Below are positions 1 to 7,270 of a stretch of DNA of 14,722 nt, piece after piece (positions within the stretch are counted from its first letter, which is position 1; every line of letters starts with the position of its first letter). Origin of the DNA: Verrucomicrobiales bacterium (GTDB lineage: Bacteria > Verrucomicrobiota > Verrucomicrobiia > Verrucomicrobiales > SLCJ01). The translations under genes were made by a program, and so were the position numbers. The notes below the pieces were generated by a model, which had not been told where the DNA came from, searched no databases, and was given only the letters and a program-made list of their open reading frames with translations. The DNA is taken from contig JBJTQJ010000058.1 of assembly GCA_046075565.1 (NCBI GenBank), positions 1 to 14,722 of the forward strand. Reading direction: 5' to 3'.

Positions 1-164
1 GTGCCGCCTTCGCCTTCCATGCCGGGGAAGTTTCCCAAGCACCCGGATGGATCCAAAACGCCGGCCTCGAGTGGCTCTACCGTCTTTGCGCCGAGCCGGG
101 GCGTCTCTGGAAGAGATACTTCCTCTATAATTCCCTATTTCTTTGGTATAGTCTGCGAGATTGA
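1..164 (+). CDS. WecB/TagA/CpsF family (GT26) glycosyltransferase, C-terminal part (5'-truncated by window edge)
   Basis: Not in the ORF track. Manual translation from base 3 gives [53 protein letters not shown], stop TGA 162-164. This is the characteristic GAAFxFx[21 protein letters not shown] terminus of WecG/TagA enzymes. Confidence 0.92.
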   Translation, partial: AAFAFHAGEVSQAPGWIQNAGLEWLYRLCAEPGRLWKRYFLYNSLFLWYSLRD

Positions 165-235
165 CCCCTCCAGTGATGGCAACTAAGGCCATCCTCTGCC
201 CTGAACATTCACCACCCCATCTCCGGTCTAGCTTT

Positions 236-271
236 TTCTGTCTTCTCGTCTTCTGTCTCCTCATTCCTCCT
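236..271 (+). repeat. Degenerate pyrimidine-rich 7-8-bp tandem repeat upstream of the GT2 start
   Basis: Units ttctgtc, ttctcgtc, ttctgtc, tcctcat, tcctcct read directly, ending 6 nt before ATG 278. Confidence 0.5.
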
Positions 272-277
272 TTCATC

Positions 278-982
278 ATGACCCCCGTCCCTATCCCCGA
301 ACGTTGTCTTGGTGTTGTTATGCCCGTTTACAACGAGGAGAAAACACTCCACCTCATCGTTGAGAGAGTATTAGCCCGTCCGGAAGTGGGTGAGCTTGTC
401 ATGGTCGATGACTGCTCGAAGGATGGCACTTGGACCCGGATGCAAGAGATTGCGGCCAGCGACCCCCGCATCCGGATTTTCCACCATGAGGTGAACCAAG
501 GCAAAGGAGCGGCACTACGCACTGGATTCAAGGAGGTCAAAAGCGAGCTTATCGTCATTCAGGATGCGGATCTCGAATACGATCCCGACGAATACCCGCG
601 TCTCCTGATGCCGGTTCTATCCGGTCGTGCGGATGTGGTATTTGGTTCCCGATTCCTCGGTTCGGAGGCGCACCGTGTTTTGTATTTCTGGCATGCCATG
701 GGAAACCGTTTTCTCACCACTCTATCAAACATGTTCACCAACCTGAACCTCACCGACATGGAGACTTGTTACAAGCTCTTCAAGGCGGACGTTCTGCGCA
801 AGATCACTGTCGAAGAGAACCGGTTCGGCTTCGAACCCGAAATCACCGCCAAGGTTGCCAAACTGCGTGTTCCCATTTACGAAATCGCCATTTCTTATCA
901 TGGTCGCACCTATGAAGAAGGCAAAAAGATTGGATGGCGCGACGGCTTCCGCGCCCTCTGGTGCATCGTGAAGTATTCGTGA
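278..982 (+). CDS. GT2 glycosyltransferase, DPM1/polyprenol-phosphate sugar synthase-like
   Basis: Motifs [39 protein letters not shown] (DxD), [35 protein letters not shown] 278 preferred to TTG 161 because the extension is low-complexity intergenic sequence. Confidence 0.93.
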   Translation: MTPVPIPERCLGVVMPVYNEEKTLHLIVERVLARPEVGELVMVDDCSKDGTWTRMQEIAASDPRIRIFHHEVNQGKGAALRTGFKEVKSELIVIQDADLEYDPDEYPRLLMPVLSGRADVVFGSRFLGSEAHRVLYFWHAMGNRFLTTLSNMFTNLNLTDMETCYKLFKADVLRKITVEENRFGFEPEITAKVAKLRVPIYEIAISYHGRTYEEGKKIGWRDGFRALWCIVKYS

Positions 983-1023
983 GTCAGGATGTCAAAGGTC
1001 AAAGGTCTGGCCGTCAAGAGACC
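983..1023 (+). repeat. GTC-anchored 7-8-bp degenerate tandem array (left arm flanking four-helix-bundle gene)
   Basis: gtcaggat gtcaaag gtcaaag gtctggcc gtcaagag acc; GTC at 983, 991, 998, 1005, 1013. Starts immediately after the GT2 stop. Confidence 0.65.
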
Positions 1024-1041
1024 GGCACATGAGTTGCCACT

Positions 1042-1416
1042 ATGAAAGTTGAACGTTTTGAAGATCTGCGAATTTGGCAGGAGGCCCGTGTCCAAGTCCG
1101 GTCCATCTACAAGTCCTTCGATGCGGATTCGCCCGCCGGTCGCGATTTCACTTTTCTGGATCAGATTCGTCGTGCTGCGACCTCGGTGATGAACAATATT
1201 GCTGAGGGCTTTGAGCGAAATTCGGATAACCAGTTTTCCCACTTCCTGACCATTGCCAAGGGTTCAAATGGCGAAGTTCGAAGCATGCTCTATGTGGCGG
1301 AAGACCTTGGCTATTGCGCCCCGGCCTTCGCAAACGAAGCCAGGGAATTCTCCGAGAATCTCAGCAAGGGCATCGCTTCATTTATCCAGTATCTCCGCTC
1401 ATGTTCCGGTAAGTAG
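1042..1416 (+). CDS. Four helix bundle protein (23S rRNA intervening-sequence protein / Avd-like family)
   Basis: 124 aa with the hallmark FEDLRIWQEAR...DQIRRAATSVMNNIAEGFER...FL.IAKGS.GEVRSMLYVAEDLGY pattern. Confidence 0.93.
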   Translation: MKVERFEDLRIWQEARVQVRSIYKSFDADSPAGRDFTFLDQIRRAATSVMNNIAEGFERNSDNQFSHFLTIAKGSNGEVRSMLYVAEDLGYCAPAFANEAREFSENLSKGIASFIQYLRSCSGK

Positions 1417-1425
1417 GTCTTGGGC

Positions 1426-1473
1426 TTCCCGACCTTCCGACTTTCCGACTTTCCGACTTTCTGACTTTCTGAC
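1426..1473 (+). repeat. 8-bp tandem repeat array (consensus TTTCYGAC, 6 units; right arm flanking four-helix-bundle gene)
   Basis: ttcccgac cttccgac tttccgac tttccgac tttctgac tttctgac; GAC at 1431, 1439, 1447, 1455, 1463, 1471 (exact period 8). Ends 3 nt before ATG 1477. Confidence 0.92.
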
Positions 1474-1476
1474 CGA

Positions 1477-2190
1477 ATGTCCTCCCCCAACGCCAACGCC
1501 ACCACCGCTGATTTCGAATTCGCCGCACTCTGGGAAGCTGCCAATTATCGTGCGGCCATCGTGCATGAATTCCAGCAGCATCTGCGCGGCCATCTCCTTG
1601 AAGTCGGGTGCGGCATCGGGCAGATGACCCGCGAGTTCCAGCTTCTTTCAGCCATCGACCGAATCACCTGCATCGAGCCGGACCAAGGATTTGCCGCCAA
1701 GCATGCGAAAGATATCCAAGGAGCGGAACTCCTCATCGGCACCGCTGGGGATCTGCCTCCAACCGTGGAAGCGGACTCCATCGTCAGTATCAATGTTCTG
1801 GAACACATCGAACAGGATCAGGAGGAAATGACACGTTATGCCCGACTCTTGAAAAGCCGCCGCGGCCATCTCTGTGCACTGGTGCCGGCTCGGCCGGAAA
1901 TCTACGCTCCTCTCGACAAGGACTTCGGCCATTTCAGGCGTTACACAGCCCCGGAACTCCGTGAGAAGTTGGAGAAAGCGGGCTTCAAAGTCGAGAAGCT
2001 GCACTACTTCAATTTGGTCGGTTATTTTGCCTGGTGGTTTTCTTTTTGCCTGAGGAAACAGCGATCGTTCGGGATCCAACAGGTCCGATTCTACGATCGC
2101 ATCATCTTTCCTGTGATAAACGCCATTGAGACGAATGCCTTTAGGCCGCCCATCGGCCAAAGCCTCATCGCCATTGCCAGGGCGAAGTGA
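1477..2190 (+). CDS. Class I SAM-dependent methyltransferase
   Basis: Motif I LLEVGCGIG, DSIVSINVLEHIEQD, LVPA...LDKDFGHFRRY; a type commonly linked to DPM-like GT2 genes. Confidence 0.9.
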   Translation: MSSPNANATTADFEFAALWEAANYRAAIVHEFQQHLRGHLLEVGCGIGQMTREFQLLSAIDRITCIEPDQGFAAKHAKDIQGAELLIGTAGDLPPTVEADSIVSINVLEHIEQDQEEMTRYARLLKSRRGHLCALVPARPEIYAPLDKDFGHFRRYTAPELREKLEKAGFKVEKLHYFNLVGYFAWWFSFCLRKQRSFGIQQVRFYDRIIFPVINAIETNAFRPPIGQSLIAIARAK

Positions 2191-2199
2191 ATTTTCATC

Positions 2200-2724
2200 A
2201 TGGCTTCCCTAGCGCAAACTCTCTCCGCTACGACTCCGGTTTCGGCTCTTCTGCGAAAGGCCAGGAAATTCGGACTGGGCGACCTTACCGCGGTTGTGAC
2301 CATGGCAGTCCAGAGAGGGTGTAGGCACTATCGGGCCTTTGCCAGTCAACCCGTCTGCGATCCGGGTGAGGAAATGATCTCTAATGAAGAATTAGTGGTC
2401 CTTCTGCTCGTCGGCGAACACCCCTTCAATCCTGTCGCCATCCGCTGCGCCGCGCAAATGGCCAAGTCGCCGGGCGTGAGCCCCTTGAAGCTCGCACGGT
2501 TGGCAAAAATGGAGAAAACGGAGCGAGTTCTCGCGCATATCGCAAGAGCAGGATTGCGGCACGACCTTTCCGCAGTCTCATTCTGGGGCAGAATCCTCGA
2601 AATGCTTCCCGACCAACCGGAAAGATTGGAGCGAAATTTGCCCCATTGGACAAGATTTGTTTCCATGCCCGGCTACCAGAAATACGGCCCCCAGCCAGCG
2701 GTCTGGCTGAATCCAAACCCATGA
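2200..2724 (+). CDS. Hypothetical protein (174 aa), candidate antitoxin/partner of the downstream nucleotidyltransferase
   Basis: ATG 9 nt after the previous stop; ATGA overlap with the next gene. Apparently helical soluble sequence (RGCRHY, SNEELVVLLL, IRCAAQM, LPHWTRF) with no family I can name. Confidence 0.75.
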   Translation: MASLAQTLSATTPVSALLRKARKFGLGDLTAVVTMAVQRGCRHYRAFASQPVCDPGEEMISNEELVVLLLVGEHPFNPVAIRCAAQMAKSPGVSPLKLARLAKMEKTERVLAHIARAGLRHDLSAVSFWGRILEMLPDQPERLERNLPHWTRFVSMPGYQKYGPQPAVWLNPNP

Positions 2725-3272
2725 ACAACCCCGAAGTCATCTTAAGCACCCTTGATGGCTTTCTCTCATCGCCACGCCATCTGGTGCTTTACGGGCGGGC
2801 GGCTTTGGCACTCGGCTATGACGAGCCGGAACCTGCGTTTCAGACCACAATGGATGTCGATGCGATCATTCCGCTCGCGGAATTGGCTTTTCTGGAGGCC
2901 GACGAACTCCTCTGGGATGCGCTTGATAAAACAAACTCTCGTCTGGAATCTTCGGGACTCTATATCACACATCTCTTCGACGAATCTCAAGTCATTCTCC
3001 GTCCGGATTGGATGAATTTTCTGGTAAAGTTGAATGTGCCGCATCTCAAGCACCTCAGCCTGAGCCGCCCTGCATCCGAAGACCTCGTTCTGACGAAAAT
3101 GATGAGGATCGATCCTCATGATCGCTCGGATATTCTATTTCTTCTCAAGCAAACGCCAATTTCTGCGGCAGAATTCGAGAGTGTTTGCAATGCTGCTCGC
3201 ATTCCTGATATCGAAGAAATCCACGTGGCGTTCGAGGACTCCAGAAAATGGATCAGAGAAAAGTTGAAATGA
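2721..3272 (+). CDS. Putative nucleotidyltransferase (Pol-beta superfamily; DUF6036/AbiEii-like)
   Basis: ATG 2721 overlaps TGA 2722-2724; 183 aa. LVLYGRAALALGY...TTMDVDAII matches hG[G/x]xA...TxDxD; C-terminal DLVLTKMMR...HDRSDILFL matches K..R...D..D. Confidence 0.75.
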   Translation: MNNPEVILSTLDGFLSSPRHLVLYGRAALALGYDEPEPAFQTTMDVDAIIPLAELAFLEADELLWDALDKTNSRLESSGLYITHLFDESQVILRPDWMNFLVKLNVPHLKHLSLSRPASEDLVLTKMMRIDPHDRSDILFLLKQTPISAAEFESVCNAARIPDIEEIHVAFEDSRKWIREKLK

Positions 3273-3376
3273 GGAAAATCCATTTGAGAGGCTCGCTCTC
3301 TCGCCCGCCCATCGGGCAAAGTCCCGTCGTCATCGCGCGGGCACCTTAATCGGAGACTCAATCACATGATTGACGG

Positions 3377-3405
3377 TTGACTGAGCAACTGGAATTGCAT
3401 ATCCT
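3377..3405 (+). promoter_or_regulatory. Candidate sigma70-type promoter for the methyltransferase/GT-C/GT2 block
   Basis: TTGACT (3377-3382), 17-nt spacer, TATCCT (3400-3405). Predicted +1 near 3412-3413, coinciding with GTG 3413. Inverted repeat TCAATCA-CA-TGATTGA at 3358-3373 lies just upstream. Confidence 0.45.
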
Positions 3406-3412
3406 CTTTATC

Positions 3413-4096
3413 GTGAAAAATCCCTACTTCGATGGCTATGCGGTGTCTTACGACGAGGATTTGGGCAAAGCCCTGAGTGTCTCAGGCGAAGACAAGAATT
3501 TCTTTGCCAATGGTCGGATGCTCTGGCTTGCAGATTGGCTCGGCCGAAAAGGCAAGCCGACCAGGACGGTGCTTGACTTCGGCTGCGGGACGGGTTCCGC
3601 CACGCCGTTCATCTGGAAGCATCTTCGGCCCAATTCTGTGCTTGGCACAGATATCTCAGACGAGTCGCTGCAGGTGGCGAGAAACTCCTATGGAGAAACC
3701 GGAGCGGAGTTCGAACTTACAGGGCAGCCCCGCGCAAAAGCCTTCGATGTCGCTTTCTGCAATGGTGTTTTTCATCACATACCGCCGGACGGAAGGCAAG
3801 AAGCCCTTCGTTACATTTTCGATTCGCTTGAAGATGGTGGTGTATTCGCGCTTTTTGAGAATAATCCATGGAATCCGGCAACCCGCTATGTTATGAGCCG
3901 TTGCGTCTTCGATGTTGACGCCATCACACTATCCCCCGTGGAGGCTCGGCAACGAATGGAAAATGCGGGGTTCAAGGTGCAAGCCACTCGATTCCTCTTT
4001 GTTTTTCCAGCTGCTTTGAAAGTCTTCCGATGGATGGAAAAGCCTCTTTCGCCGATGCCCTTCGGGACCCAATACGTTGTCATCGGGATGAAATGA
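3413..4096 (+). CDS. Class I SAM-dependent methyltransferase
   Basis: VLDFGCGTG motif I, GTDIS, FDVAFCNGVFHHIPP, FENNPWNPATR, FGTQY. Start GTG 3413 (MKNPYFDGYA) preferred; TTG 3377 possible. Confidence 0.88.
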   Translation: MKNPYFDGYAVSYDEDLGKALSVSGEDKNFFANGRMLWLADWLGRKGKPTRTVLDFGCGTGSATPFIWKHLRPNSVLGTDISDESLQVARNSYGETGAEFELTGQPRAKAFDVAFCNGVFHHIPPDGRQEALRYIFDSLEDGGVFALFENNPWNPATRYVMSRCVFDVDAITLSPVEARQRMENAGFKVQATRFLFVFPAALKVFRWMEKPLSPMPFGTQYVVIGMK

Positions 4097-6075
4097 GCGG
4101 CAGTCGCGTGCAACTTCTCCAGCCTATGACGTCCATTCCAAGTTGCAGAGGCTTGCCGTCGGGATCCGTCTTGCTTGGGCATTGGATTCTTATCGCGGCG
4201 GCGTGCAACATATCGGGTTGGGGGCTGTCGTCCATCCGGCAACTGACTCCTCTCGGCTTGGCCTTGGCGATTCCCTCCGTCTGGTATGCCTTGGTCCGGT
4301 TGATATGCCTGCCATGGCCGCAAGTTAAGCCCCTTGCTTTTCTTAATCGGTCTAGATTCCGATTCCGTCGGCTTTTCCCTGCCGCATTTGCCGCCATCGC
4401 GTTTCTTGTGTTGCTCGGCGGCACTTTACACGCCCCGAATAATTTTGATGCGCTGGTTTACCGTTTGCCACGGCTGCTGCACTGGCTGATGTCGGACGGG
4501 TGGGAGTGGATCCCCACCAACAAAAACAATCTCAACACACGTTCGACGGGATTCGAATGGTGGATGGCCCCCCTCCTGGCGATCCTGCGTAGCGACCGAG
4601 CCCTCTTTCTTTTGAACTGGATTTCCTTCCTGTTCATGCCTGGACTTGTCTTCAATGTCTTCAGACAAATGGGCGTGTCAAATGGCGTCTCGGCTGTGTG
4701 GATGTGGATCTTCCCCGCCGGATATTGCTATTCCTTACAGGCTGGAGGGATCGGAAACGACATGGTCGTCGCCGTCTTTGCCCTCGCTGCGTTCGATTAT
4801 GGGTTCCGCTGGAAAGCGAGTGCCGCCCCGATTGCGATGTGGCTCTCCTTGGTTTGTTGTGCTCTGATGACAGCTATGAAGCCAACCACCCTTCCGCTGT
4901 TGCTTCCCTACGGTGTCTTGTTTTTCGCCATGTGGAGACCACTGATCGGCCAGCCGTTCAGAACCATCACTCTTGCCGGACTTCTTGTTTGGACATCATT
5001 CCTGCCGACAAGTGTGATCAACCATAGAAAATGTGGAGATTGGACTGGGGCCGCCGCCGAAGACCAGAAACTGGGCCAGGTGGAACCATTGATCGGAATC
5101 TCTACGAACATGATTAACGCAACCATTCAAAACTTGGCCCCACCGGTTCTGCCGGTGGCGGGCGCATGGAACAAAATGATTGATGACGTGATTCCAGCTT
5201 CCGTCCTGGAGCGGACCAGAAGGTCCTTCGAACCGGCTGGAGCCCGATTCGCCCTCAATGATTTTCAAAACGAGGAATCCCTGGGAATCGGAACCGGCTT
5301 GTCTTTGCTAGTTATCTTGTCCCTCGTTTGCGCGTGGGTCTGCCGCGGGAAGCATCGGCAGGCAATCGCCAACTACGGTTCCAGGTATGAATGCGCCCTG
5401 CTTTGCGGGCTGTTCGGAGCGGCATTGCTCGCCTACTTTAGCAAAGCAGGCATGTCCACGGTGGCGCGCCACATTGCACCATTTTATCCATTCTTTTTTG
5501 CCGTGGCTTTGCGCTCGCCCCTGCAAAAATCCGTTTTGAAGCTCCGCCTTTGGAAGTGGACAGCTTCTCTGGCGATGGGTTCAACCATTTTCTTGCTTGT
5601 CATCACTCCTTCGCGTCCACTTTGGCCCGCCCGCTGGTTTTTTTCCAAAGGCGTGGAATCGGATTCTAGGATTTTCCAGCGCGCGAAAAACGGCTACGAT
5701 GTCTACGCAAACCGCGCCGATGGACTTGGCCCCTTGCGGCACGCGATTCCGGCAGATACACGCGACGTCGCTTATCTGAGTTACAGTACCAGTGCAGAGT
5801 TGCCACTTTGGAAACCCTATATGCTGCGCAAACTGTATCATGTCGTTGCCAGTGACACGATCAATTCCCTGCGCGGCCGCGGCATAAAGTATTTGGTGCT
5901 CAACACAGGCGGCTTCGAGAAGCAACGAGGCGTTACGCCCGAGAGATGGATTGACCATGAGGGCGCAAAGTTGATTTTCAGAACTAAGCTCCAGTTGTTG
6001 GCAAGCGAACTGCCTTCGGAATGGTGGGTCGTATCGCTGTTCCCTGAGCGCACTCCAGATCATACTGCCCGGTAA
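4093..6075 (+). CDS. Multi-pass membrane protein, probable GT-C fold (ArnT/PMT-like) glycosyltransferase
   Basis: Many hydrophobic segments; first-loop motif APNNFDALVYRLPRLLHW, then GNDM and AMKPT, followed by a soluble C-terminal region. ATG 4093 overlaps the upstream TGA (ATGA). Confidence 0.7.
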   Translation: MSGSRVQLLQPMTSIPSCRGLPSGSVLLGHWILIAAACNISGWGLSSIRQLTPLGLALAIPSVWYALVRLICLPWPQVKPLAFLNRSRFRFRRLFPAAFAAIAFLVLLGGTLHAPNNFDALVYRLPRLLHWLMSDGWEWIPTNKNNLNTRSTGFEWWMAPLLAILRSDRALFLLNWISFLFMPGLVFNVFRQMGVSNGVSAVWMWIFPAGYCYSLQAGGIGNDMVVAVFALAAFDYGFRWKASAAPIAMWLSLVCCALMTAMKPTTLPLLLPYGVLFFAMWRPLIGQPFRTITLAGLLVWTSFLPTSVINHRKCGDWTGAAAEDQKLGQVEPLIGISTNMINATIQNLAPPVLPVAGAWNKMIDDVIPASVLERTRRSFEPAGARFALNDFQNEESLGIGTGLSLLVILSLVCAWVCRGKHRQAIANYGSRYECALLCGLFGAALLAYFSKAGMSTVARHIAPFYPFFFAVALRSPLQKSVLKLRLWKWTASLAMGSTIFLLVITPSRPLWPARWFFSKGVESDSRIFQRAKNGYDVYANRADGLGPLRHAIPADTRDVAYLSYSTSAELPLWKPYMLRKLYHVVASDTINSLRGRGIKYLVLNTGGFEKQRGVTPERWIDHEGAKLIFRTKLQLLASELPSEWWVVSLFPERTPDHTAR

Positions 6076-6094
6076 AGGATTCCCTGAAAATCTC

Positions 6095-7270
6095 ATGAAC
6101 GCAGAACTCGAACTATCAATTGTGATGCCGTGTCTCAATGAGGCCGAAACTCTTGCGGTGTGCGTGCGCAAGGCTCTCATCGCGATGAAGGAAGCTGGTG
6201 TTACCGGTGAAGTTTTGGTGGCCGACAATGGCAGCACAGACGGTTCAAAAGACATTGCCGTCGCCGCAGGAGCAAGAGTCGTGCCGGTCGCTGAAAGAGG
6301 CTATGGCAATGCTCTTCGGGGGGGGATCCAAGCGGCACAAGGCAAATGGCTACTAATGGGGGATGCGGACGACAGCTACGACTTTTCGCAAATCAAGCCG
6401 TTCATTGAGAAACTCCGAGAGGGGCACGATCTGGTGATGGGCTGCCGGCTTCCTTCCGGTGGAGGCAAGGTGATGCCCGGAGCCATGCCGTGGAAACATC
6501 GATGGATTGGCAATCCAGTTTTGACATTCATCGGACGACTGTTCTTCCAATGCCCTGCCCACGATTTCCATTGCGGGATGCGTGCCTTTACAAGAGAGGC
6601 TTGGAACAAAATGCAACTTTGCACTACGGGAATGGAATTTGCCTCCGAAATGGTCATTAAGTCCACTCTAAAGGGGTTAACTATCGCGGAGGTTCCGATA
6701 ACGCTGCATCCGGATGGTCGCTCACGACCTCCCCATCTCCGAAGCTGGCGGGATGGTTGGCGACACTTGCGTTTTATGCTGCTTTTCAGTCCACGCTGGC
6801 TTTTCCTTGTTCCCGGCGCTGCTTTGTCCCTTGCAGGACTCTTTCTTATCGGAATGCTGGCTGCAGGGCAAGTGCACTTTGGCAGGATCGTGCTTGACGT
6901 TGGAACCATGGTCGCCGCATCAATGCTGCTTATCGTTGGTGTTCAACTCGTCATATTTGCAGTTTTCACCCGTGTTTTTGCCTTCGGTGCCGGCCTTCTG
7001 CCCCCGAACAAACGACTTGAATCCATGATGAGATCCTTCACGCTGGAAATCGGGATCGTTCTCGGTATTGCGCTGGCGTTGGCGGGAGTCGGTATCTTCT
7101 TGGTCGCATTCTTCGGATGGAAAGACGCTGGATACCAAGGGCTTTCTTATGCGGACAACTTACGCCGAATCATTCCCGCCGCCACGCTGATTGTCCTCGG
7201 AACACAGGTCATTTTTGGGAGTTTCTTCCTGGGAATTCTTGGCCTCAAGACCGTAACTAGGGCGACTTAA
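6095..7270 (+). CDS. GT2 glycosyltransferase (DPM1-like) with about four C-terminal transmembrane helices
   Basis: SIVMPCLNEAET, VADNGSTDGS, RGYGNAL, MGDADDSYDF, DFHCGMRAF, GMEFASEM, PHLRSWRDGWRHLRF, then hydrophobic helices. Confidence 0.92.
   Translation: MNAELELSIVMPCLNEAETLAVCVRKALIAMKEAGVTGEVLVADNGSTDGSKDIAVAAGARVVPVAERGYGNALRGGIQAAQGKWLLMGDADDSYDFSQIKPFIEKLREGHDLVMGCRLPSGGGKVMPGAMPWKHRWIGNPVLTFIGRLFFQCPAHDFHCGMRAFTREAWNKMQLCTTGMEFASEMVIKSTLKGLTIAEVPITLHPDGRSRPPHLRSWRDGWRHLRFMLLFSPRWLFLVPGAALSLAGLFLIGMLAAGQVHFGRIVLDVGTMVAASMLLIVGVQLVIFAVFTRVFAFGAGLLPPNKRLESMMRSFTLEIGIVLGIALALAGVGIFLVAFFGWKDAGYQGLSYADNLRRIIPAATLIVLGTQVIFGSFFLGILGLKTVTRAT

Noticed and set aside
1-186. 61-aa ORF in the track ([10 protein letters not shown]...)
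   Set aside because: Wrong frame; the frame starting at base 3 encodes a clear WecB/TagA C-terminus.
161-277. N-terminal hydrophobic extension of GT2 (apparent signal/TM segment)
   Set aside because: It is the translation of a pyrimidine-rich intergenic repeat; the GT2 domain begins right after ATG 278.
1042-1416. Diversity-generating retroelement or rRNA gene implied by the Avd/IVS-like protein
   Set aside because: No reverse transcriptase, template/variable repeat pair or rRNA-like sequence seen in the window.
1426-1473. Possible CRISPR array or intrinsic terminator
   Set aside because: Contiguous 8-bp units with no spacers, no cas genes, and no local hairpin plus U tract.
2646-2720. Longer start for the nucleotidyltransferase
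   Set aside because: Overlaps the upstream gene by about 80 nt; ATG 2721 gives a canonical ATGA coupling.
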